Origin: Leucoraja erinacea
Lineage: Eukaryota
DNA: 64,000 nt
Direction: 5' to 3'
Assembly (NCBI RefSeq): GCF_028641065.1
Contig: NC_073406.1
Span: 6,572,001-6,636,000, forward strand
A program made the position numbers and the translations under genes. This document shows, in pieces, positions 55,040 to 64,000 of this stretch. The notes under the pieces are model-generated. The model worked only from the letters and a program-made list of their open reading frames with translations, was not told the origin of the DNA and searched no databases. Numbering within the stretch: the first letter of the stretch is position 1; every line of letters starts with the position of its first letter.

Positions 55040-56340
55040 TCACAGTCTCCTTCTTGGATCGACAGGTTGTACTTGGCTGTGAAGTGAACAACATGTCTCA
55101 GGCCAAGCCGCCTGTGATCTCATACTCTTAACAGCAACATGACTCCGCTTGAGAACAATAGTTGACCTTCCAGCACAAAGACAACTTTGATTTCACGATC
55201 ACATAACTCTACTGTACTAAGCCCGAGAGAAGTGTTGATATGTTTGTAACTTAATCTCAATTATTCTCCTCATTATCCCATTTACCTCCTCCTGTACCCT
55301 TGCCCGTACCAATTGGAGGTTTGCAGCCCACCTCTTCCATCCAAGTGTGGGTTGAGATGATTAGTTGTATCTATGACTAACAAAGGTGCTCCAGTAGCTC
55401 GTACACACAGTATCCATATCTGTGTCTGCTCCTACCCTGGAGCTTTGAGTGATGTCCCTCTTATTACCCACATGCACACTATAGGGCCTGTGGGCACCAA
55501 CTCCCTTGGCACTGAGACTGGAGCCTAACAGCCTGTTCAGCTCTGATCCCCAACCAACAGTATACACACTGACCCCATCCATTAGTGCTTTTGATGTAAT
55601 GGAAAAAACATCCAATTAAACCAGTTTGGCTATTGTTAAATCCACTGAGTATTGATAGTATTGACAAGGCAAACTCATGATACAGATATTACCCGTCAAC
55701 ACCCCACTGAATAAATAAGGCAGCGCCAATCTGTAACATCAGGTTTGTTTTCAATCTTGCTACTTTCATTGGCCACAAAAAGGTTGATATCCAGTGGGAT
55801 TTCTATAAATGTCAAATACCAGTTTTTCTCAGGAGTCATGATGTACTTACTAGATTATATGATAATTTTCTTGTCTTTTTATACCTGAAAAATCTCACAA
55901 TTCTTTGCATACCCATCTGCAAAACAACAACTGATATGTGGCATGTTTCGCTTTTGTCCTGTTCCAGGAGCTGTCTACACACGGCCACAAGATTAATGAT
56001 CAGCTTCTCTGCTGCTTGATTAAAGAGTATTTACATTTTAGGCTGTATATTTTGTATTCACTGGAGCAGCTAGTGTGGAACATGCTTTTGTGCCAAATCT
56101 AGAAGCCATACCTCAGTGACGCAGCTCCCTGCTCCATTAGAACTCTGTTGTCCCATTAGACTTGGAATCCATAACCACAAGGGATACAATGAGTGTTCCT
56201 CTACTTGAAATCGGTTGGCATGCTGGACCTCGTTTGTGACAGCAGACACTGCACAGTGGGCCACTGAGATCCTTCTGTGCACGTTCGCAGATTCTGCCAC
56301 GGTTGTCGATATGGCGTTCAGCAAAATAGAGCATGCTCAA
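55040..56340 (-). pseudogene. Decayed Cys-rich and L-domain-like blocks
   Basis: 56110-56340 reads GRICER...SGPLCSVCC...ACQP / HCIPCG. ~55480-55730 reads GAALFIQ...*...HEFALSILSILSG. Stops and frameshifts are present. Confidence 0.35.
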
Positions 56341-56364
56341 AGAACTGGGAAAACAAGTCATATA

Positions 56365-56730
56365 TCAAATTTTTGTGTACCTTCGATTTTCCAGCATCTG
56401 CAGTTCATTCTTAAACACTTTGTCTACTCCACTGCGAAATCTCCTCAAGGTATGCCTACTTTGAAGAAGTTCTCCTCCTCCCTCCGGAGAGTTTCACAAA
56501 GCCCTTGCTGTCTCCTCCCCTTCCTATCTCTCCCTCAGCCCTCGGGCTCCTCCTTTTTCCTTTCTTCTCCCCCCACCATCTCCCCCCATCCCCCATCAGT
56601 CTGAAGAAGGGTTTTGGCCCGAAACGTTGCCTATTTCCTCAGCTCCATAGATGCTGCTGCACCCGCTGAGTTTCTCCAGCATTTTTGTGTACCTTTGATT
56701 TTCCAGCATCTGCAGTTCCTTCTTAAACAT
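56365..56730 (+). mobile_element. Penelope-type pseudo-LTR with a partial direct repeat and a hammerhead-like core
   Basis: ttttgtgtacctt.gattttccagcatctgcagttc.ttcttaaaca is repeated at both ends. CTGAAGA...GAAACGTT lies at 56601-56628. Confidence 0.6.
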
Positions 56731-56769
56731 AACTCAAATTGAAACAAGCAGAACACTCCCTTTTATAAA

Positions 56770-57110
56770 GTGGGTGCATTATTGTGTTCTGTTATTGTAA
56801 ATCTTAATTGTACCGACTGGAAAATCGTTCTCTTCTGAGTTAATGGGTGTCATGATGACTTCGCAGGAGGTGATGTATTGCCCTGAGTGTACATGGTCAG
56901 GGTGGGGCCTGGGGCCTGTTCCTGGTGGCTCCACCGGGACCCTGCAGGAAGCTGGGCATGTTTCCACGCACACAAGCGCAGAGTTGGACTGTAGACCAGA
57001 TCAACTCTTGCATTTCGCCATCGACCTTTCTGCTGAAACCTAACACAGAGCCTCTGGCATGGAGGGAGCATAGGCTCCAGTAATTATCAATACCCAATGA
57101 GGAAGGAACA
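56770..57110 (-). pseudogene. Furin-like repeat to L-domain start: PCQRLC / AKCKS*SGLQSNSALVCVETCPASC...YITSCEVI
   Basis: Acceptor gttcgttctccag| at 57111. Compare INSR [20 protein letters not shown] and EGFR NNCEVV; TGA lies at an expected Cys. Confidence 0.55.
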
Positions 57111-57482
57111 CTGGAGAACGAACACGGATGTTGACCAAAAGATTTATCAATTTTTATGTGCCCGCGGCAGTTAGTCTTTAGATAAGATCAAGTGCCACTT
57201 TAAGTAACCTTTGTTTGGTTAGAATGAAGTTTATCTAATCACAATTTCATTTTCTACACATACATTTTGAGCAAATTAAACCTCTAGCACTTAATCTGCG
57301 ATTTATCTTCTGATTAAGTGCCTCTGGCTTGTTTAACAATTCTAACTCCCAGTATTGTAGTAGCAATCCGCAGACAGGAAGGGCCCAGGGTTATTCTCAA
57401 TTTGTGTTGACTTAGCAAGTCTCCATGAGAATTTTTCACACAGATGGTGTACCCACTGTTGATCGGCCTGTTGGTTGGTTAC

Positions 57483-57622
57483 CTTGTAAACAACTGAAGC
57501 AAGTGGACTCATTAGGTTTGATTGCTATTCCGTTAACAGTGAGGAGATATCCACTGCACTGCTCGTTGCAATGCCGCTTACATTGCAGAGAACGCAAGAG
57601 CCTTGTCAAACAACATCTTTCA
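57483..57622 (-). pseudogene. Furin-like Cys-rich exon ERCCLTRLLRSLQCKRHCNEQCSGYLLTVNGIAIKPNESTCFSCLQ, phase 2 to 1
   Basis: ctcaaactgccgtag| ... caag|gtaacc; 140 nt and open, with a C-x3-C-x3-C...C-x2-C pattern. Confidence 0.55.
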
Positions 57623-60600
57623 CTACGGCAGTTTGAGAATCAGCAAATAAATGGCAAGGAACGGTAATGTAACCATGAAGTTTTTATGTTGTTGTAAAAC
57701 CCCAACTAGTTCACTGGCCACCAGCAAAAGAAAACTGACTCTGAACCAGTTCTGGGTTTACAGTTGATTCTACTCTGACCATAGGGCCACCTGAAGTAGT
57801 CAATTGCATTGGATTCCCTCCACTGATGCTGCCTGGCCCAATGAGTTCCTCCAACACTTTGTTTTATGATCAAGATGGCAACATCTGCAGTCACATGTGT
57901 CTCTGATTTCACTACAATTGCCTCCTCACTGCTGTAACATTAGATAATATCAAGTGTTACTTTAAGTAATCTTTGTTTGGTTGGAATGAAATTTATCTAA
58001 TCGCAATTTCTACTAATGAATAAATGCACACTTTGCCAATGATGACTACATCTCAAAAATAAATCCAGGTGTTGACCAGTTCACCAGAATTACAAAGGGA
58101 GAGTGTGCATCATGCACCAAATGGGGTGGGAGATTGCAACCTTCACCTGGTCCGCCCTGTTTCGATGAATGCAATCAACCTGGCGTGCACAATCAAGTAA
58201 GATCAAATAGAACAAGTTGTCCTACAACTTTAGGCTGTGCACGCCATACACAAGAAGAAGAAGGAGAGGCACCAAATTAGTTTGCATAGACTGGTGCAGG
58301 GATGTGTGCAGGAGGCCAAATGAGATTAGGACTGGGTTTAATGCAATGTCTACAGAAGCCACCAGCAGGCACCAGAGACTTGTTGTGGAGAAATGAAGAT
58401 GCCTGGTAGAGACTTGACACTTGTGCTGGTGGGAATCAATACTCAAGGACAACAATCTGGAAGCCCAGAAAAGAATGTTGCTGTCACAGTTTGAAGTGCT
58501 AATGTCACTGGGATTTGTGAGCCTTCTTATCACTGTCAGTTTCATGCCCTTTCACTCTGTGCCAAGCTCAGTACATTGCTGGCAGGAGGACTTCCTGTAC
58601 TGGAGTGTTGGATCATAAATCTAATTGCTTGTTTCACGGTTTCATATTTAAACCTCATCCTGATGGATATTTGGATCACAAACTGTCAGAACATGTCTAG
58701 TAATGACATGGAGCAAATAACTGAATTAATTATTGTTCACTAGACTAACCAGTCACATAGTATGTACACATAGGACATATTTAGATAAGATACAGGACCC
58801 ATTGATATAGGAAGGAGATATTGCGAATATGTAGGTAAATTAGAACGTGGATAATTCATATTGTATATTTAGACAGGATATAGGAAGGATGGACAAGGAA
58901 TCTAAATAAAAAATAAAAGCACTGGAAAATCTAGCATGTCAAACAGCATCTGTGGAAAGAGAAAAATATATTTTAGGTCAAAAACCCCTCATAGGATCAG
59001 AGAAAGTAATCTATATATTACTAGGTCATGTGTGGGGAATATTTGGGGGTAAAGGTGACATTTTCCACTGTGGTTCTGTGGGTGCTGAGGTGACTGAGTC
59101 AGGATCCACAGAATAACAGTCGGCAGGAGAACGTGATGGGCGGGGGTTGGGATCTGTGGATTGTTTGCCTTGCGCACATAGTAACCGTGTACTGGAGAAA
59201 TTCAGAAATCTCACTGCATTCCTGGATGGTTAAGAACTGGAAGCCCCCCTGTGCCAGTTATAAGGTGATAAGTTCTGCCATTCAATATGATCGCACTTGA
59301 ACCATTAGCTCTGCATCATTTTCTTGCACCAACCCCACATCCCCCCCGAGTCCCTTCCTATAGAAAACAATTATCATACTCTGCCTTGAGTGTATTCAGC
59401 AACTGAGATCCACCCGGCCTTGGCTCGAGAATTCCAAAGATTCATTGAGAAATGTATTCACATCTAAACTCTTACTTTAAAATTGTGATTTCTCATTCTG
59501 GACACCCTGGCCAAGAACATCATCCCTGCACCTACCCTGTCAAACCCAGTGAGAGATCTTGTAGGGAAAAAAGGACATAAAGTGCTGGAGTAACTTAACG
59601 GGTCTGGCAGCATCCCTGGAGAACATGGAAAGGTGATGTTTCAGGTCCAGTTCCTTCAGTCCTGGCCCGAAACATTGCTCATCCTAGTTTATTGTCATGT
59701 GTGCCGAAGAACAGAGTGAAGCGTTTGTTGCGTGCTAACCAGTCAGTGGATAGACAATACATGATTACAATCGAGCCTGTCGTGTTCTCCAGAGATGCTG
59801 CCTGACCAATGAGTTAGTCCAGCACTTGTGTCTTTTTTTTTTAAACCAGCATCTAGCTCCTTGTATCTCAAGTAATTTTGTAGGTCTTGGCCAAATCACT
59901 TCTCATTTTTCTGTACAAGAAAATAAATGCCCAGTCTGATTAATATTTGTGACCATGTTGGCTATGGGGACAGTTAATGCACTGTTTGTCAAGGGAGTTG
60001 ATGTGGTAGAAGTGGGCATTCAGAACCTCTAGGGACATACACAGAAACTTAACCTTGCTGACTTCTGTGTGTGTGTGTATTCTCCAGGTTCAGGGGGAAA
60101 TGAGTCCAAAACATTGTTACTGAGTGAGTCACATACCTTGTCTTGACCTTTCTGCCCTACATTCCTTTGTACACAAACTTCACACTTGAACACTGCTGAG
60201 GTGAAGAATTACTGCGACTGAACAGAACTGTTGCAGCCGAGATCTGCATTACTATAGTCACTCCCACAGGTTGGACATGGCAAATGTAACCCTGATATTT
60301 AAATAAAGAGTGAAAATGGGAAGCTGTTGACCAACATCAATGCTTATGAAAATACTGAAATCTATCATTAAGGAAGTGGTGGGAGTACACTTGGAAAATA
60401 ATAATGCTTGGATGACGTCAATGTGGATTTAGACAAGAAAAATAGTGTCTGATAAGTCCGAGTAGCTTTGATGTTGTAACTAGAATTTCTGAAATTAATT
60501 TATGCAGTGAGGGAATGGCAAAATGTATTTCTGGATGAATATGTGTAGATTATTCCATCTTATTGTTGTCTGTGCTTATTCAGTGTCCTATCCAAATGAT

Positions 60601-61030
60601 GATACTCTGTGTGAAGAAATTGCGTGTCCTTAATTTAGACTTACTTTGCCTTTTACTGAGTAAAACATAGAAAATAGGTGCAGGAGTAGGCCATTCGGCC
60701 CTTCGAGCCTGCACCACCATTCAATATGATCATGGCTGATCATCCAACTCAGACTTCTACTGTTAGCAACTTTCTGATTAGTCTTTCCCTGTCATTATTT
60801 AACACCTCTGTACTTCCATGACGTTATTTTTATTTTGCATGGGGCTGTTGCGTCTGTTTGACCCTATAAAAAAGTCAATGATCCCAGGGGACTATTTGAA
60901 GCCCTGGGAATTTCATCACCGCACGCTGGCCAATTTCTATCCTTCAGTCACCATCACTAACACAATTGATCTGCTCACTATCACATTGTGTGTGGGGAAT
61001 TTGCTGTGTGTTGACTGCTGACATTCTTAC

Positions 61031-61780
61031 AGTGGCATCCACATTGTTGTGTAGCACCTTGTTTGAAAGTCTCAGTCAGCAGAAGCTTATGCCAAATGCA
61101 TGTTCTTTCTTTCCAAGGCACAGATAACATGTCATCATCCTCGGCCTTCCCTTCATAGTTTTCAATTTTCAAGTTATGATATTATCTCAACAAGATGGTT
61201 CCAGTAAGGGGTATATATACTCCAAGGCAGGAGAGGGGATGGAAGCAGGAGTTCGCAACATAGCAGAGGCTTATACAGGAGTGTAAACTTGCTGGCCTCT
61301 GTCGGACATATTCAGAGATCTTTCATCCTAACGGACAAATGTGCATCCATCCACAATGTCCAATGGACTATTGAGTGAATTCCACGCCCCCTTTTTGCCT
61401 CTCCTCCCCACATTTTCCAGTATACAACTCTGACAACTGACTTCCTCACACACACGAGCACAATTACTGCAAATGAGCAGAATTGTTACAGCCAGGGTTT
61501 GCATTGCTGGCTGCAGTCGATGCATTCAGTGCCACGGCCAGTAGGTGTAATCTGGGCAGACGGTGAGGTTATAAATGACCCTCCTTATTTGGAACATCAA
61601 TTGTGCTCTGTAGTACTTATTGCATTGACACTGAGTGATTTGTTTAACACTGCATTCATGCTTCTGCGAGTTGACTGGGTCTCCACAACAAACACGAGCC
61701 TCTCCAAATACAGGCATATTTCCCGATACCAGATAAGTACAATGGCAAACAGAGCAAATCAAACTTTATTACTGATTGCC
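61031..61780 (-). pseudogene. Large decayed exon: furin-like repeats (CPDYTY/TECIDCSQQCKP/GCNN/CSNCARVC) followed by an L-domain start (SLNSPLDIVDGCTFV)
   Basis: Acceptor ttttatttaaacag| at 61781 and a possible donor at 61030. Motifs lie in shifting frames; compare INSR CPKVC...SVTSAQELRGCTVI. Confidence 0.5.
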
Positions 61781-61899
61781 CTGTTTAAATAAAACTCGAG
61801 ATCTATCTTGAGTCGGAACCCTTCATCAGAGTGTAAAGAAGGTTTGCGACCCGAAATGTCACATCCTTTTGATGCTGCCTGACCCACTGAGTTACTCTG

Positions 61900-62146
61900 T
61901 GTTCAAGAGGGAACTGCAGATGCTGGAAGATCGAAGGTACACAAAATTGCTGGAGAAACTCAGCGGGTGCAGCAGCATCTATGGAGCGAAGGAAATAGGC
62001 GACGTTTCAGGCCGAAACCCTTCTTCAGACTGATGGAATCAGATTCCATTAGTCTGAAGAAAGGTTTCGGCCCGAAACGTCGCCTATTTCCTTCGCTCCA
62101 TAGATGCTGCTGCACCCACTGAGTTTCTCCAGCAATTTTGTGTACC
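61900..62146. mobile_element. Near-perfect hairpin (inverted Penelope-type termini) with a 15-bp target-site duplication
   Basis: Arms 61936-~62040 and ~62042-62146; ccactgagttactct at 61884-61898 and 62145-62159. Confidence 0.8.
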
Positions 62147-62509
62147 ACTGAGTTACTCTAGTACTTTGTGTCTATCTTCGGTATATGCCAGCATCTGCAG
62201 TTCCTTTCCACACATCGAGAACTATCTTAATGGGTAAAATGGAATTCCCTTTAATAAATTTCTATTTTAATCATTAGTTTCTTATGCAATATTCTGATAA
62301 TTGCCATTTGATCGCTTAATATGAACACTGGATTTGTTAAGAAACATATTTTAAACAGAATTTATTGCGCTTCCAGGAAATTGTCCAGAAGCAAAAATTA
62401 ACATCCGATCAGCAATAACTACCTGCTGACTTTGTCCGGAAATGCTGGAAATATTCAGCAGCTGAATCATCATCTTTGGAGTGAGAAGTGATTTAGTGTT
62501 TTAGCTTAG

Positions 62510-63360
62510 ACACAAAATGCTGGTGTAACTCAGCGGGACAGGCAGCATCTCTGGAGAGAAGGAATGGGTGACGTTTCAGGTTGAGACCCTTCTTCAGATT
62601 GACGGCTGGGGAGTGGGTGGTGGATAGATAAGGAAGTGTTAGGTGTGAAAACAAGACCGAGGGAATGGAGATCAAGTAAGATGCAGAATACATCATTGTT
62701 ATTTGGGAGAAGGTAACAACAAAGCAAACAGAGATAAAATGTAGTCGGAGACAGACTGCCTGAGAACTGGAAAGGGGGAGGGGATGGAGAGAGAGGGAAA
62801 GCAAGAGCTACTTGAAGTTAGAGAAATCAATGTTCATGGCGCTGGGGTGTAAGCTGCCCAAGCGAAATATGAGCTGCTGTTCCTCCAATTTGCACTGGGC
62901 CTCACGCTGACAATGGAGGAGGCTCGGGACAGAAAGGTCAGTGTGAGAATGGGAGGGGGAGTTGAAGTGCTGAGTAACCAGGAGATCAGGTAGGTTTAGG
63001 CGGACTGAGCGGAGGTGTTCAACAAAATGATCGCAGAGCCTGCACTTGGTCTCGCCGATATACAGCAGTCCACACTTGGAACAGTGGATACAGTAGATGA
63101 GGTCGGAGGAGGTGCAAGTGAACCTCTGCCTCATCTGAAAAGACTTTCTGGGTCCTTGGATGGAGTCGTGGGGGGAGCTATAGGGACAGCTGTTGCATCT
63201 CCAGTGGTTGCAGAGGGAAATACCTGGGGAGGGGGTGGTTTGTGTGGGAAGGGACATGTTGACCAGGGAGTTGTGGAGGTAACTGTCACTGTGGAAAGGG
63301 GTGGAGATGGGAAGATGTGGCTAGTAGTGGAATCCTGTTGGAGTTGGTGAAAATGTCAGA
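62510..63360 (-). mobile_element. Penelope-like element 3' portion with a GIY-YIG endonuclease
   Basis: ORF 62808-63257: CNHWRCNSC...FTCTSSDLIYCIHCSKCGLLYIGETK...EHL...QHFN...EQQLIFRLGSLHP..MNIDF, followed by a terminal repeat. Confidence 0.85.
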
Positions 63361-64000
63361 GGATGAATGGTCAATGCCCAGGAAAGTTATTATCGAAGGC
63401 ATGCACCATGTGGGCTACATTCCCTAGGCAGTGTCGCACCCTCATGTCTAGGCCCATGGCGCTTCATGCCCTGGGGACCCCCTTTCCCAGGCAGTGCCAT
63501 CCAGAGTGAAATGCAACAGATGCACAGCTCTAAAGCAAGGTTCCCCCTCACACTGGGCACTAATAGTACACACATGATCAAATACAACTGCAGTCACGTT
63601 ACACTTGCACATGCGTATTTCTAACTTCTTTTGATTTGGGATACTATTAGGCTAGTTTTCATTTCTCTCCATATTGTAGGAAGAGTAACGTGTAGTGCTT
63701 GGTATTTTTTTTCTTGTGTCATCAAAGCTCTCATGATAACATTATAGAGGTCAGAGGTTATGGGGAGAAGGTAGGAGAATGGGATTAGGAGCGAGAGATA
63801 GATTAGCCATGATTGAATGGCTGAGTAGACTTGATGGGCCAAATTGGCCTATTCCTTATGAAATAACATCTTCAGAAAGTGGGACATGGGCAGGTTGGTG
63901 TAAAGATGTTTAAAGGATTAATTTAAATGCTGGTACACTCGATGCTTTTCTTTGACTTCATTAACCACACCTGTAGTTTAGCTCTTAGTTTAGTTGAGAC

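Larger units (their letters stand above)
25346..61780 (-). pseudogene. Decayed multi-exon gene with alternating furin-like Cys-rich and receptor-L-domain motifs (EGFR/INSR ectodomain-like)
   Basis: At least 12 collinear minus-strand blocks, many with AG/GT boundaries. They carry motifs such as KCKS*...CVETCP, CKRHCNEQCSG...CFSC, ECIDCSQQC, DGCTFV, TGWLL...NHTDL, LDFINNVRE, HGDMEI and LMSVKFPSL, interrupted by stops and frameshifts. Confidence 0.55.

Noticed and set aside
55361-55615. von Willebrand A-like motif GVSVYTVGWG
   Set aside because: No DxSxS or TDG motifs are present, and the neighbouring frame fits the L-domain pattern better.
56960-58560. TGA codons at expected Cys positions (KCKS*, CTELGTE*) as selenocysteine
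   Set aside because: The same blocks also contain frameshifts and TAA/TAG stops, and TGY to TGA is a single substitution, so ordinary decay is simpler.
22332-61780. Assignment to a named gene (MUC2/5AC/19, OTOG, ADGRG4, EGFR/ERBB, INSR, PCSK5)
   Set aside because: No vWD/C8/TIL, pentraxin, kinase, FnIII or subtilase sequence was seen. Similarity is motif-level only, so no symbol is given.

Overview
This is eukaryotic vertebrate DNA. The repeat content (V-SINE/HE1-like SINEs, CR1-type LINEs with (TTTCTATG)n tails, Penelope-like elements, a Rex1-type LINE) points to a cartilaginous fish, probably a skate or ray; this is an inference. Bases 1-20109 are one giant minus-strand exon running off the left edge. 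It encodes a Cys-free Ser/Thr/Pro/Glu-rich mucin-type (PTS) domain of ~14 near-identical 1425-bp (475-aa) repeats, broken only by six +1 insertions that look like sequencing errors. Bases 20.1-64 kb look like repeat-rich intronic DNA. Hand translation of the non-repeat islands on the minus strand shows a collinear series of exon-like blocks with furin-like Cys-rich motifs and receptor-L-domain motifs resembling EGFR/insulin-receptor ectodomains. Many of these blocks contain stops or frameshifts. The last blocks (22.3-23.1 kb) are open and can splice in frame into the mucin exon. My main hypothesis is a decayed multi-L-domain/furin-repeat gene directly upstream of, and perhaps ancestrally part of, the giant mucin gene. 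All homology calls are by eye with no database search, and repeat boundaries are approximate.
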